A DNA stretch of 64,000 bases from an uncultured Gemmatimonadales bacterium (GCA_963771275.1 CAVYSW010000010.1:352001-416000), one strand, 5' to 3'. Positions 35,794 through 47,947 are shown, numbered from the stretch's first letter. The notes: generated by a model from the letters alone, not told the origin. Made by a program: numbers and translations.

Positions 35794-36590
35794 CAGGGGG
35801 CACGCTCGAGCACGTAGTGGGCGTTCCCGGGGGTGGCCGCGGGCGCGACGCCCGTCACGCGGTAGCCCGCCGCGAGGTAGTGCTCGAACGCCCGGCGCGT
35901 CGATTGCCGCCAGGCGAGCGCGCCGCTCGAATCGGCGTGCTTCAGCGCCTGGATGTCGGACGGGATCGCAACCAGTACCGTCGACGCATCGGGGAAAGCG
36001 TCGTGTGTCGAGGCGATGATCGGGTGGCCGGCCGCGACGGCCGGCGGCCGCGTTCGTGCTCCCGCAGGCGCCCGCAGGTCCCACCGCACCACGAACCGGT
36101 CGCTCCCGATCACGCTGTCCGTCCGGCTCAGCGGGTTGTCGCCGTACATGTCGCGCACGTACTCGACCACTCGTGCTCCGAGCCGCTGCAGGTTGAGGTG
36201 CGCGTTGCGCGCCACCAGGGGGTCGAACGTCCAGAACATCCGGGCGATCCCCATCGCCAGCACCTGCTCGCGCTGATACTCCTTGAGCCGGCGGCCGATG
36301 CCGTGGTCGCGGTGCGTCTCGGCCACCGCGAGCATATGGGACCAGTGTGCCAGCCCGGCCTCCGCGAGCCCGGTGATCCCGAAGACGAACCCGACGAGGT
36401 GATCTCCCGCGAACGCCCCCGCTGCGACCCCGCCCATCTTCTGCACGACCTGCAGCAGCGCCGGCGCCACCAGTTCGCGGAAGTCGTCACCCCAGGTCGC
36501 CCGCTGCAGCGTGGCGCACGCCTCGTAGTCGGCGTGCGCGGTGAACGGACGGATCACGGGCGGCGCTGCGCGCGTGGAATCGGGTGGCAC
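35793..36590 (-). CDS. GNAT-family protein, putative D-amino acid N-succinyltransferase
   Basis: HWSHMLAV, GIGRRLK.YQR, WTFDPL.ARNAHLN..RLGA, SDRFVV.W; start could be 36590 or 36557. Confidence 0.85.
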   Translation of the reverse strand: MPPDSTRAAPPVIRPFTAHADYEACATLQRATWGDDFRELVAPALLQVVQKMGGVAAGAFAGDHLVGFVFGITGLAEAGLAHWSHMLAVAETHRDHGIGRRLKEYQREQVLAMGIARMFWTFDPLVARNAHLNLQRLGARVVEYVRDMYGDNPLSRTDSVIGSDRFVVRWDLRAPAGARTRPPAVAAGHPIIASTHDAFPDASTVLVAIPSDIQALKHADSSGALAWRQSTRRAFEHYLAAGYRVTGVAPAATPGNAHYVLERAP

Positions 36591-36777
36591 CGGATCTCCG
36601 GCTCGGACGCCGGGAATATACGACCCGTGGCGGAGGGTGGCACGCCACCGCGCGTGCGGCAACGTGGGTGTCCTCCGCATGTTCCGCCGTGCACGGGAGC
36701 ACCATGCACCGAATCGGTGACACGCGGGCACTAGATTCCTCGGTCGACCCGGGAAACGGACAGCCTGGAGGCAAACG

Positions 36778-37530
36778 ATGTCACGCGTACGCGCATGCGC
36801 AGGGATCATCCTCGCTGCACTCTTGCCGCAGGCGCTGCCGGCCCAGACGACCGTCACCGTCCGGGTGGTGGCGCACGACGCCAAGATCATCGGGTCCGCC
36901 GTGGGTGGTGCCACGGTCATCATCCGCAACGCGGTGACCGGTGAGGTGTTGGCGCAGGGCGCGCAGCAGGGAAGCACCGGCGACACGCGGCGCATCGTGG
37001 AGGAGCCGCGGGCGCGGGGCGCGACGGTGTTCGACACCCAGGGGGCCGCCGGCTTCACGGCGACGGTGGCGCTCGACACGCCCACCGTGGTCGAGGTGGT
37101 CGCGGAGGGACCGCGCGACTACCCGCAGGCCATGCAGCGCGCCTCGACCACGCTGCTGCTCATCCCGGGCCGGGACGTGACCGGCGACGGGATCGTCCTC
37201 GAGCTGCACGGGTTCATCGTCGAGCTGCTCGAGCCGCGGGAGGCCCGCGCGGCCGACAGCCTCCCGGTCCGCGCGCGCATCCGCATGATGTGCGGCTGTT
37301 CCTTCACCGCGGGGGGCCTGTGGGATGCCGCCCGGATGACGGTCGTCGCTCGGGTCTACGATGGCGCCACCCTGGTGCGTGAGGCGCCGCTCGCCTTCAC
37401 CGGCGAGGAGAATGTCTGGGCCGGGACGCTGCCAGCGGCGGGCCTGCCCACCGGAGCCCGCCTCGTCGTGATCGCCGAGGATGCCGGGCGCGCGAACTTC
37501 GGGCGGAGCGACGAGCGGGTGGTGTTCTAG
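36778..37530 (+). CDS. Secreted hypothetical protein with a CGC motif
   Basis: GGAGG RBS; signal peptide; VRVVAHDAKIIGS.VGGA; MMCGC...GGLWDA. Confidence 0.8.
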   Translation: MSRVRACAGIILAALLPQALPAQTTVTVRVVAHDAKIIGSAVGGATVIIRNAVTGEVLAQGAQQGSTGDTRRIVEEPRARGATVFDTQGAAGFTATVALDTPTVVEVVAEGPRDYPQAMQRASTTLLLIPGRDVTGDGIVLELHGFIVELLEPREARAADSLPVRARIRMMCGCSFTAGGLWDAARMTVVARVYDGATLVREAPLAFTGEENVWAGTLPAAGLPTGARLVVIAEDAGRANFGRSDERVVF

Positions 37531-37601
37531 CCGGATTGCCTGCGGCGGCACGCGAGACGGGCCCGTGGTTCCGGGACACGGCGCTCCGGGAATGCGGTGC
37601 G

Positions 37602-38552
37602 TTACTGGCAGGCCGGCTTCCCGGCGTACGGGCCCGCCATCGCCCGGCTCACGACGCGCACCTGGTGGACGACGTCCCAGGGGACGCTCCCCCGGCGGGC
37701 GACCGCGACGAATCGCTGGTCGCTGCGCGTGACGTAGCCGAGCACCTGGGGGGCGAGCTCCATCTCCACGTCGTAGCAGCCGTTGGGTGGGCGTACGGCC
37801 GTGACGAGCACGCGGCGCGGGAGCGCGGCGAGCGTCGGGTAGGCGATGTAGTTGCCGACGATCTGACCGCTGAGCGACGGTACGTCGTGCTGCTGCACCT
37901 CGCCGAGCAGCGCGAGATGGCCCCGCGCCCGCGTTTCGTCGAGCCCGACACGCGCGCCGTTCCAGGCGCGCTCGGGCGTGGTGAGCGTGATCGCGTACAC
38001 GATGCCGTTGAGCACGTCCACCACGGCGCCGCGCCCATAGTCATAGCGGGCGAGCGTGGGGCTGTCCGGGTTGACTTGGGGCGGCACGGCTCCCAGCAGC
38101 GCGATGACCCCCGCGACCGCCACGTTGGGCTGCGCGGGGAAGGGCAGCGCGTCGCCCGCGATGTGCGCCGGGATTGCCTGCTGCTCGAACGCGGGGCGCG
38201 ACACCGACCAGAGGATCACCACGCCGGCGAGGCCCAGGCCCAGCGCGGAGACGATCACCGCGTTCGCCCGGACGAACCGGAGCAGCTTCTCCCAGGCGGC
38301 CGGCTCCGGAGTCCGCACGCGCGGCGGCCGGGTGACCGAACCGCCCCACGGGTCGAGGACGGTCGTGACCGGCTCGTCGGCCGCGGGGGGCGGCAGGATC
38401 TCGACCCGCGGCACGCCCTGCGACGCCCGAGCGAGGTCGCGCATCATCGTCGCCTGCTCGCCGCCAAGTCGTTCCTGATGGCACGCCGGACAGCCGCGGG
38501 GGTTTTCGTCGTTGTAGGGAACGTTGTGCTTCGGACAGCGGACGAGGGCCAT
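37602..38552 (-). CDS. Zinc-ribbon + single-TM hypothetical protein
   Basis: CPKH..(10)..CPAC, Pro-rich linker, one TM helix, C-terminal domain. Confidence 0.75.
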   Translation of the reverse strand: MALVRCPKHNVPYNDENPRGCPACHQERLGGEQATMMRDLARASQGVPRVEILPPPAADEPVTTVLDPWGGSVTRPPRVRTPEPAAWEKLLRFVRANAVIVSALGLGLAGVVILWSVSRPAFEQQAIPAHIAGDALPFPAQPNVAVAGVIALLGAVPPQVNPDSPTLARYDYGRGAVVDVLNGIVYAITLTTPERAWNGARVGLDETRARGHLALLGEVQQHDVPSLSGQIVGNYIAYPTLAALPRRVLVTAVRPPNGCYDVEMELAPQVLGYVTRSDQRFVAVARRGSVPWDVVHQVRVVSRAMAGPYAGKPACQ

Positions 38553-38566
38553 GGCCGGCGCGGTCG

Positions 38567-39127
38567 TCAGATCTTCGGCAGGGTCACGCCCCGCTGCGCC
38601 TGATACTTGCCCTTCTTGTCCGCGTACGAGACCGCGCAGACGTCGTCCTCATCGGCCTCGAAGAACAGCACCTGCGCGATCCCCTCGTTGGCGTAGATCT
38701 TGGCCGGGAGCGGCGTTGTGTTGGAGATCTCGAGCGTCACGTGGCCCTCCCACTCGGGCTCGAACGGCGTGACGTTGGTGATGATCCCGCAGCGCGCGTA
38801 CGTGCTCTTCCCCACGCACAGCGTCAACACGTGGCGCGGGATCCGGAAATACTCGACCGAGCGGGCCAGCGCAAACGAATTGGGCGGAACGATGCACACG
38901 GTACCATGGTACTCCACAAGCGAGCGCGGGTCGAAGTGCTTCGGGTCCACGACCGTCGAGTGCACGTTGGTGAAGATACGGAACTCATCCGCGACCCGCA
39001 TGTCGTACCCGTAGGACGACAGGCCGTAACTGACGGCGCCGGCCCGCACCTGCTGCTCTTCGAACGGCTCGATCATGCCGTGCTCACGCGCCATGCGACG
39101 GATCCAGCGGTCGGACTTGATGGCCAT
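38567..39127 (-). CDS. dcd: dCTP deaminase
   Basis: [46 protein letters not shown]. Confidence 0.97.
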   Translation of the reverse strand: MAIKSDRWIRRMAREHGMIEPFEEQQVRAGAVSYGLSSYGYDMRVADEFRIFTNVHSTVVDPKHFDPRSLVEYHGTVCIVPPNSFALARSVEYFRIPRHVLTLCVGKSTYARCGIITNVTPFEPEWEGHVTLEISNTTPLPAKIYANEGIAQVLFFEADEDDVCAVSYADKKGKYQAQRGVTLPKI

Positions 39128-39225
39128 GGAACGGTTCGCCGAGTTCCTGAAGTTGGCGTGAAGGTCACATGAGGACGCGTTGGCGAAAGATATGCGGCGT
39201 ACGCCGTTACGCCACTTCATTTTGC

Positions 39226-39286
39226 TTGACACGTCGCTGAAAGGCTAGGTAACTTGCGACCTCTGAGCAAGTGAATTTTTTCACGA
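39226..39286 (+). promoter_or_regulatory. nuo promoter with a Rex-type operator
   Basis: TTGACA(39226)-18 nt-TAACTT; aaGTGAAttttTTCACga at 39269-39286 resembles the Rex consensus TTGTGAA-N4-TTCACAA. Confidence 0.7.
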
Positions 39287-39305
39287 AATTCACGGGCCGA
39301 ATCCT

Positions 39306-39662
39306 ATGATCCGCGAGTACGTGCCGCTCCTGATGCTCCTGGTCCTGGTGACCGGGGCGGGGATCGCCTTCATCGGCGCGTCGCTGTGGCTGTCCAACCG
39401 GCGTCCCACGCCGATCAAGGGCGTGCCATACGAGTCCGGCATGCCGCCCCTCGGCAGCGCGCGGGAACGCTTCTCAGTCAAGTTCTACCTCGTGGCGATG
39501 CTGTTCATCGTCTTCGATCTGGAGACGGTGTTCATGATCCCGTGGGCTCAGGCCTTTCGACGCCTCGGCATGTTCGGCCTCGTGGAGATGGCCGTGTTCA
39601 TCCTGATCCTCGCGGTCGGCTACGTCTACGTCTGGAAGCGCGGAGCGTTCGAATGGGAGTGA
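39306..39662 (+). CDS. nuoA: NADH-quinone oxidoreductase subunit A
   Basis: [27 protein letters not shown]. Confidence 0.97.
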   Translation: MIREYVPLLMLLVLVTGAGIAFIGASLWLSNRRPTPIKGVPYESGMPPLGSARERFSVKFYLVAMLFIVFDLETVFMIPWAQAFRRLGMFGLVEMAVFILILAVGYVYVWKRGAFEWE

Positions 39663-40285
39663 TCACGCCGCCCGGCATGGGTGCGGGGGGGAAGCCGGGC
39701 GCGATCATCGCACCCGTTTCCCCCAGCTGGCTCACCACCCGTCTGGATTTCCTCGTCAACTGGGCGCGCTCCAACAGCATGTGGCCAATGCCGTTCGGCA
39801 CGGCGTGCTGCGCCATCGAATTCATGGCCACCGCCGCCTCGCGCTACGACATCGCGCGGTTCGGAATGGAGCGGCTCGGCTTCTCGCCGCGCCAGGCCGA
39901 TGTGCTGTTGTGCGCCGGTCGGCTGCCGTTCAAGCTCGCACCGGTGATCCGCCGGATCTACGACCAGATGCCGCAGCCCAAGTGGGTCATCTCGATGGGG
40001 GCGTGCGCGTCGACCGGCGGCATCTTCGACACCTACGCGATGGTGCAGGGCATCGACACGGTCGTGCCGGTGGACGTGTACGTCCCGGGCTGCCCGCCGC
40101 GCCCCGAGGGCCTGCTGTACGGGATCCTGCTGCTGCAGAAGAAGATCCGGGGCGAGACGCTGGCGGATCCCTCGATCCGCATCGAGCAGACGCTCGATGA
40201 GCGCGGGCTGCGGCTCCCGGCCGACCAGATCGACGAGCTGTCGGAGCCGTTCGGCAACTCGCTCCACCAGACCCGCTCCGCGTGA
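39653..40285 (+). CDS. nuoB: NADH-quinone oxidoreductase subunit B
   Basis: [28 protein letters not shown]. Confidence 0.97.
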   Translation: MGVITPPGMGAGGKPGAIIAPVSPSWLTTRLDFLVNWARSNSMWPMPFGTACCAIEFMATAASRYDIARFGMERLGFSPRQADVLLCAGRLPFKLAPVIRRIYDQMPQPKWVISMGACASTGGIFDTYAMVQGIDTVVPVDVYVPGCPPRPEGLLYGILLLQKKIRGETLADPSIRIEQTLDERGLRLPADQIDELSEPFGNSLHQTRSA

Positions 40286-40292
40286 GGGGCGC

Positions 40293-40922
40293 ATGAACCC
40301 GTCAGCGGAAGCCCTGAAGCGCCGATTCGGTCCCGCCGTCCGGCGCGTCGCGGAGTCGTGCGGCGACACGATCGTCACGATCGACCCGGCGAAGAACCGC
40401 GAAATCCTCACATGGCTCAAGACCGCGCCGGACCAGGCGTACAACTACCTCGTGGATGTGACCGCCGTCGAGTATCGCGACGCCGAGCTGCCGATCGAGG
40501 TCGTCTACGAGCTGTTCTCGCTCGACCGGCGGGTCCCGCTCCGCGTCAAGGCGCAGCTCGATAAGGCCGGCCCGCTCGAGGTCGACTCGATCGTGCCGCT
40601 CTGGGCCGCGGCCAACTGGCTGGAGCGCGAAGTCTACGACATGTTCGGCATCGCGTTCCGCGGCCATCCCGATCTGCGCCGCATCCTGATGTGGGAGACC
40701 TATGCGGAGGGCTATCCCCTCCGCAAGGACTTCCCGCTGCGCGGCCGGTTCTCCCGCTCCGAGCAGGTGCGGCAGGTCCTCACCGCCGAGCCCGAGGCGC
40801 ACTATTCGATGGAAGAGCTCGGCATCGCGGGTGCGTCCTACGACCTGCCGGCGGACATGCGCGAGCGGGTGGCGCGGAGCGATCGGGGCCCGATCCCGGC
40901 GCGGGAGGAGCGCCATGGCTGA
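40293..40922 (+). CDS. nuoC: NADH-quinone oxidoreductase subunit C
   Basis: ANWLEREVYDMFGI.F.GHPDLRRI, YPLRKDFP. Confidence 0.96.
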   Translation: MNPSAEALKRRFGPAVRRVAESCGDTIVTIDPAKNREILTWLKTAPDQAYNYLVDVTAVEYRDAELPIEVVYELFSLDRRVPLRVKAQLDKAGPLEVDSIVPLWAAANWLEREVYDMFGIAFRGHPDLRRILMWETYAEGYPLRKDFPLRGRFSRSEQVRQVLTAEPEAHYSMEELGIAGASYDLPADMRERVARSDRGPIPAREERHG

Positions 40923-42207
40923 GCAGCGCACGGTGGAGTTGAGCCTCGGCACGACCGGCGTGGACGCGCAGGGGCGGCCCGTCACGCTGCCGCTCGGGGT
41001 CGCGGACGCGGACCGGGCGGTCGACGAGGCGGCGCAGCTCGGCGGCGAGCACATGCTGATCAACATCGGGCCGCAGCATCCGGCGACGCACGGCGTGCTG
41101 CGCCTCGTGGTGGAGCTCGACGGCGAGGTCGTGCTCCGGGTCATCCCGCACATCGGCTACCTCCATTCCGGATTCGAGAAGCTCGGCGAGTACCGCCACT
41201 ACAACCAGCTGATCCCGCTGACCGACCGGATGGACTACCTGGCCCCGATGTCGAACAACGTGTGCCTGGCGATGGCGGCCGAGAAGCTCATGGGGATCGA
41301 GATCACCGAGCGCTGCCGGGTGCTGCGCGTGATCGCGTGCGAGATGAGCCGCGTCATCTCGCATCTGGTGTGGGCCGGCACGACCGCGCTGGACATCGGG
41401 GCCTTCACGCCGTTCCTCTGGATGTTCCAGGAGCGGGAAAAGATCTACAACCTCCAGGAGGCCTGGACGGGGGCGCGGCTCACCACGTCGCTGACGCGCG
41501 TGGGCGGCCTCATGGCGGACATCCCGGACGGCTTCGTCGACGGCCTCCGGAAGTGCTGCGGCAGCCTGCTCGCGGTGCTCGGCGAGGTGGACGCGGCGCT
41601 CACCCGCAACGGCATCTGGTGCGGCCGGACCCAGGGGATCGGCGTGCTCACCGCCGACGAAGCGATCGACTACTCCCTCTCCGGCGCGATGCTCCGCGCG
41701 AGTGGCGTGCCCTACGACGTGCGCAAGGACCGGCCGTACCTCGGGTACGACACGTACGACTTCGACGTGCCGGTGGGCGAGCACGGGGACGTGTACGACC
41801 GCTACCTGGTGCGGATGGAGGAAATCCGCCAGTCGGTCCGCATCCTCGAGCAGGCGATGGACCGCCTGCCCGGCGGGCCGATCAACGTGGACGACCACCG
41901 CGTGATCCTCCCGCCTAAGCACGCGGTGATGACCGACATGGAGTCCATGATCCACCACTTCAAGCAGGTGATGGAGGGTGTGCAGGCGCCGGTCGGCGAG
42001 GCGTACTTCTCGCTCGAGGGACCCAAGGGCGAGCTGGGCTACTACCTGGTTTCGGACGGAACCGCCAAGCCGGTACGCTGGCGCGTGCGTCCGCCCACGT
42101 TCATCAACCTGGCGGCGATCGAGAAGATGGCCGTCGGCCACCTGCTGTCGGACCTGATCGCGATCAATGCCAGCGTGGACGTCGTGATGGGAGAGATCGA
42201 CCGGTGA
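40915..42207 (+). CDS. nuoD: NADH-quinone oxidoreductase subunit D
   Basis: NIGPQHPATHGVLRL, DRMDY, PKGELG, GEIDR. Confidence 0.97.
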   Translation: MAEQRTVELSLGTTGVDAQGRPVTLPLGVADADRAVDEAAQLGGEHMLINIGPQHPATHGVLRLVVELDGEVVLRVIPHIGYLHSGFEKLGEYRHYNQLIPLTDRMDYLAPMSNNVCLAMAAEKLMGIEITERCRVLRVIACEMSRVISHLVWAGTTALDIGAFTPFLWMFQEREKIYNLQEAWTGARLTTSLTRVGGLMADIPDGFVDGLRKCCGSLLAVLGEVDAALTRNGIWCGRTQGIGVLTADEAIDYSLSGAMLRASGVPYDVRKDRPYLGYDTYDFDVPVGEHGDVYDRYLVRMEEIRQSVRILEQAMDRLPGGPINVDDHRVILPPKHAVMTDMESMIHHFKQVMEGVQAPVGEAYFSLEGPKGELGYYLVSDGTAKPVRWRVRPPTFINLAAIEKMAVGHLLSDLIAINASVDVVMGEIDR

Positions 42208-42701
42208 AGCAGACGACCTCGGACTACCAGCCGGTCTTCGTGGGCGAGCGGCGCCGGCGGCTCGACGACCTGCTCGCCCGGTATCCCACGAAGCGCGGCG
42301 CGCTGCTGCCGGCCCTGTGGCTCGTGCAGGAAGCGCATGGCTGGATTTCGGACGAGGCGATGGTCGAGCTTGCCGAGACGCTCGGCCTCACCGCGGCCTA
42401 CGTCCGCGGCGTCGTGACGTTCTACACGATGTACCACCAGCACCCGGTGGGCCGGCACTTCATCCAGATCTGCACGACGAGCCCCTGCAACCTGTGCGGC
42501 GCCGAGGGTGTGGCGGCGGCGTTTCTCCAGCATACCGGCTGCGGCGACCTCGGGGCGACGTCGCCGGACGGCCGCTTCACCGTGGTCGAGGTCGAATGCC
42601 TCGGCGCGTGCGGCTTCGCGACTCCGGTCCTGGTGGACGACGACTTCATCGAGAACGTGACGCCGGAGCAGGTGCCCGGCCTGCTGCAGAGGTATCCATA
42701 A
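42204..42701 (+). CDS. nuoE: NADH-quinone oxidoreductase subunit E
   Basis: VTFYTMY, CTTSPC, ECLGAC. Confidence 0.96.
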   Translation: MKQTTSDYQPVFVGERRRRLDDLLARYPTKRGALLPALWLVQEAHGWISDEAMVELAETLGLTAAYVRGVVTFYTMYHQHPVGRHFIQICTTSPCNLCGAEGVAAAFLQHTGCGDLGATSPDGRFTVVEVECLGACGFATPVLVDDDFIENVTPEQVPGLLQRYP

Positions 42702-42707
42702 TGACGT

Positions 42708-42740
42708 CTGCTGCCTCTGCCGCTCCTGCCGCTCCAGCCC
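42708..42740. repeat. Degenerate 9-mer repeat in the nuoE-nuoF spacer
   Basis: CTGCCTCTGCCGCTCCTGCCGCTCCAGCCC, similar unit to 17336-17390. Confidence 0.5.
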
Positions 42741-42769
42741 CGGGGCGGGGTGGAAGGGAGGAGGAGTAG

Positions 42770-44074
<1,305 letters not shown>

Positions 44075-44081
44075 GATCTCC

Positions 44082-45668
44082 ATGGCTGACACACCACAAC
44101 AGGTCACCCTGACGATCGAAGGCGTCACGGTCTCCGTGCCCCGGGGTACGATGATCCTGGAGGCCGCCAAGCGGGCCGGCGTCCTGATCCCGCACTACTG
44201 CTATCACCCCGGCCTGCCGATCGCCGGCGTCTGCCGCATGTGCCTGGTGCAGATCGAAGGCCAGCCCAAGCTGCAGATCGCGTGCGCGACGGCGGTCGCC
44301 GAGGGACAGGTGGTGAACGTCTTCGCGCCGCAGGCCGTGGAAGCGCGCAAAGGCGTGCTCGAGTTCCTGCTGATCAACCACCCACTCGACTGCCCGATCT
44401 GCGACCAGGCCGGCGAGTGCGAGCTGCAGGACTACGTGTTCCGCGAAGGACGCGCGTCCACCCGCTACACGCCGACCTACGCCAAGCGGTTCAATCCGGT
44501 CGAGGATTTCGGCCCCGACGTGCTGTACGTCGCCAACCGCTGCATCCTCTGCACGCGCTGCGTGCGCTTCATGGAACACGCCGCGGAGGAGCCGATCCTC
44601 AACGTGAGCGAGCGCGGCGACCGGGCGTACATCGGCGTGCATCCCGACCGGCAGCTCGACCACCCGTGGTCCGGCAACGTGGTGGATCTCTGCCCGGTGG
44701 GCTCGCTGCTCTCCAAGGACTTCCTGCACAAGGCGCGCGCCTGGGAGCTCGACAAGACCGCGAGCGTCTGCACGGGCTGCTCGCAGGGCTGCAACATCGC
44801 GCTCGAGACACGCCAGGGCACCGTCGTGCGGCTCCGGCCGCGCGTGAACCCGGACGTGAACCGCTACTTCATGTGTGATCACGGCCGGCTGGCCTACCGC
44901 TGGATGAACCGCGGCGACCGGATCGAGGCGCCGCTGGTGCGCCGCGACGGCGGCCTCGCGGCGACCGACTGGGACGAGGCGCTGCGACAGACCGTGGAGC
45001 TGATTGCCGGGGTCGGTGGCGAGGTGCTGGTGCTCGCCTCGCCGGCCGCGTCGACCGAAGCGCTCTACCTGGCGCGCCGGGTGGCGGGCGAGCGGTTCCG
45101 CGGTGCGTTCCGCGTGGCGCGAGTCCCCGGCGAGGCGCCGCTCGCGGGCGTGCCTCATCTGGCGCTGCGCGAGGAGCGGGCGCCCAATGTGCGGGGTGCC
45201 ACCGCACTTGGCTACGCGGAGGCGTTCGATCGCGCGGTGGCTGGGGTGGGGCGGGCCGCCGTGGTGCTGGTGCTCGACGAGGCGCTGCATGACCTGCCGG
45301 CCGACGCGCTCGCCCAGGCGCCGGCGGTGATCTACCTCGGGACCACGTTGCCCGAGGCGGCGCGTGGCGCCCGCATCGTGCTGCCGATCACCGACGTCGC
45401 GGAGGAGGACGGCACGTTCGTGAACCGCGACGGCCGGGTGCAGCGCTACACGCAGGCCCGCGGCGGGCCGGGGATGGCGCGGCCCGCGTGGTGGGTGCTG
45501 GGTGGGCTGCTGGCTGAGCTCGGGCGGGGTCCGGAGCCCGGCAGTGCTGCCGAGGCGTTCGCGATGCTGGCCGCCGAGGTCGAGACGTTCGGGGGCCTGT
45601 CTTACACGGTGCTCGGCATGCGGGGGGCCCGCCTGGGCCAGCGCACGCCGGCGGGAGCGACCGCGTGA
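44082..45668 (+). CDS. nuoG: NADH-quinone oxidoreductase subunit G
   Basis: HYCYH..L...G.CRMC, NHPLDCPICDQAGEC, CILCTRC, CTGCSQGC. Confidence 0.95.
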   Translation: MADTPQQVTLTIEGVTVSVPRGTMILEAAKRAGVLIPHYCYHPGLPIAGVCRMCLVQIEGQPKLQIACATAVAEGQVVNVFAPQAVEARKGVLEFLLINHPLDCPICDQAGECELQDYVFREGRASTRYTPTYAKRFNPVEDFGPDVLYVANRCILCTRCVRFMEHAAEEPILNVSERGDRAYIGVHPDRQLDHPWSGNVVDLCPVGSLLSKDFLHKARAWELDKTASVCTGCSQGCNIALETRQGTVVRLRPRVNPDVNRYFMCDHGRLAYRWMNRGDRIEAPLVRRDGGLAATDWDEALRQTVELIAGVGGEVLVLASPAASTEALYLARRVAGERFRGAFRVARVPGEAPLAGVPHLALREERAPNVRGATALGYAEAFDRAVAGVGRAAVVLVLDEALHDLPADALAQAPAVIYLGTTLPEAARGARIVLPITDVAEEDGTFVNRDGRVQRYTQARGGPGMARPAWWVLGGLLAELGRGPEPGSAAEAFAMLAAEVETFGGLSYTVLGMRGARLGQRTPAGATA

Positions 45669-46894
45669 GTCCGGAGCTCAAGGGGCTGCTGCTGGTCAGC
45701 GCCATTCAGGTCGTCGGGCTGTTCACCGCGCTGCTGATCGGCGTGATTCTCGTGGTGTGGATCGAGCGGCGCGGCAGCGCGCTGCTGCAGGACCGCCGCG
45801 GTCCCAACCGGGTAGGGCCGTTCGGCCTGCTGCAGAACGTGGCCGACGGGCTCAAGAATCTGATCAAGGAAGAGGTCGTGCCCGCCGGAGCGGACAAGTT
45901 CCTGTTCCAGCTGGCGCCGCTCCTGTCGTTCGTCCCGTCCCTCATCATGTTCGCTGTGATTCCGTTCGCGGCGCCGCTGCCGCCGTTCGACATCACGCTC
46001 CCGCTCCTCGGACACGTGGTGCACCAGGCGCCGGTGGCGGCGATGGTGGCCGACCTGCCGATCGGGTTCCTGTTCATCATCGCGATCTCGAGCGTCGCGG
46101 TGTACGGCGTCGTGCTGGCGGGCTGGTCGTCCAACTCGAAGTACTCGCTGCTGGGCGGGCTCCGCGCGAGCGCCCAGATGATCAGCTACGAGCTCACCAT
46201 CGGGCTCTCACTCGTGGTCGTGCTGCTGCTGGCCGGCAACGTGCCGCTCACGCAGGTGGTCGCGTTCCAGCAGCACACGGTGTGGCTCGTGCTCGCGGCC
46301 ATGCTCGGCTACATCCTGTTCCACATCGCGGCGTTCGCCGAGACCAACCGGCTGCCGTTCGACCTCCCCGAGGCCGAGGCGGAGCTGGTCGCCGGCTATC
46401 ACGCCGAGTACAGCGCGATGAAGTACGCGATGTACCCGCTGTCCGAATTCGCCGCCCTCATCACGATGTCCGCGCTGATCGCGACGCTGTTCTTCGGCGG
46501 CTGGGACATTCCGTTCACGCACTGGGACGAGCAGGTGGCGACGGCGTGGACGGGGGAGGCCGTGGCGCGCTTCCTCCTGACCAACCTCGCGTTCCTGCTC
46601 AAGACGCTGTTCTTCGTCTGGGTCTACGTGTGGGTGCGCTGGACGGTGCCGCGGTTCCGCTACGACCAGTTGATGTACCTCGGGTGGAAGGTCCTGCTGC
46701 CCGTGGCGCTGGCGTACGTGGTCGTGATGGCGACGGCGGTCCTGCTGCTCGAGCGCGCGGGCGTGCCGCAGGACTGGAGATACGGCATGGTCCTGTTCCT
46801 GGTGAACGTCCCGCTGGTCGCGGCGCTCGTGCTCGGGCTCGATCGGCAGCGGCTCGTCGCCGGGACGCAACGGCGCACGCGGGTGGAGGCGTAG
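45665..46894 (+). CDS. nuoH: NADH-quinone oxidoreductase subunit H
   Basis: QDRRGPNRVG, AQMISYE, AETNRLPFDLPEAE.EL, PRFRYDQLM. Confidence 0.97.
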   Translation: MSPELKGLLLVSAIQVVGLFTALLIGVILVVWIERRGSALLQDRRGPNRVGPFGLLQNVADGLKNLIKEEVVPAGADKFLFQLAPLLSFVPSLIMFAVIPFAAPLPPFDITLPLLGHVVHQAPVAAMVADLPIGFLFIIAISSVAVYGVVLAGWSSNSKYSLLGGLRASAQMISYELTIGLSLVVVLLLAGNVPLTQVVAFQQHTVWLVLAAMLGYILFHIAAFAETNRLPFDLPEAEAELVAGYHAEYSAMKYAMYPLSEFAALITMSALIATLFFGGWDIPFTHWDEQVATAWTGEAVARFLLTNLAFLLKTLFFVWVYVWVRWTVPRFRYDQLMYLGWKVLLPVALAYVVVMATAVLLLERAGVPQDWRYGMVLFLVNVPLVAALVLGLDRQRLVAGTQRRTRVEA

Positions 46895-47404
46895 ATGGCG
46901 ATCGGTGTGAAGCGCATGCACCGCCCCGAGCGGGAGGTGAGCTACCTCCGCGCGACGCTCAAGGGGATGGCGGTGACGTTCCGGCACGTGTTCCGGCGCT
47001 CGGTGACGATGCAGTACCCCGAGCAGACCGCGCAGGAGGGGTTCTGGTCGATCGATCCCCGCTGGCGCGGCACGCACCGCATGCTCACCGACGAGCAGGG
47101 CCGGGCCAAGTGCGTGGCCTGCGGGCTGTGCCCGCAGATCTGCCCCGCCAACTGCATCAAGCTGGTACCCGGGGAGGACGAGCAGGGGAACCGCTACCCG
47201 CTGATCTACGAGATCGACGAGTTCCGCTGCGTGTTCTGCGGCTACTGCCAGGAAGTCTGCCCCGAGGAGGCGATTCACGTGGGCGTGCACTACGAGAACG
47301 CCGAGTACGACCGGGAGCGGTTCGTGTACGACCTCGAGCGCCTCTGTGCCCAGACGCACCCGGTCTCGACGCTGTGGGATCCCTCCGACCCCAAGGGGGA
47401 ATGA
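46895..47404 (+). CDS. nuoI: NADH-quinone oxidoreductase subunit I
   Basis: CVACGLCPQICP and CVFCGYCQEVCP. Confidence 0.97.
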   Translation: MAIGVKRMHRPEREVSYLRATLKGMAVTFRHVFRRSVTMQYPEQTAQEGFWSIDPRWRGTHRMLTDEQGRAKCVACGLCPQICPANCIKLVPGEDEQGNRYPLIYEIDEFRCVFCGYCQEVCPEEAIHVGVHYENAEYDRERFVYDLERLCAQTHPVSTLWDPSDPKGE

Positions 47405-47407
47405 CGC

Positions 47408-47947
<540 letters not shown>

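Noticed and set aside
44082..45668. Short NuoG (528 aa) as a pseudogene
   Set aside because: All Fe-S motifs are present, the frame is continuous and it is coupled to nuoH; shortened C-terminal regions occur naturally
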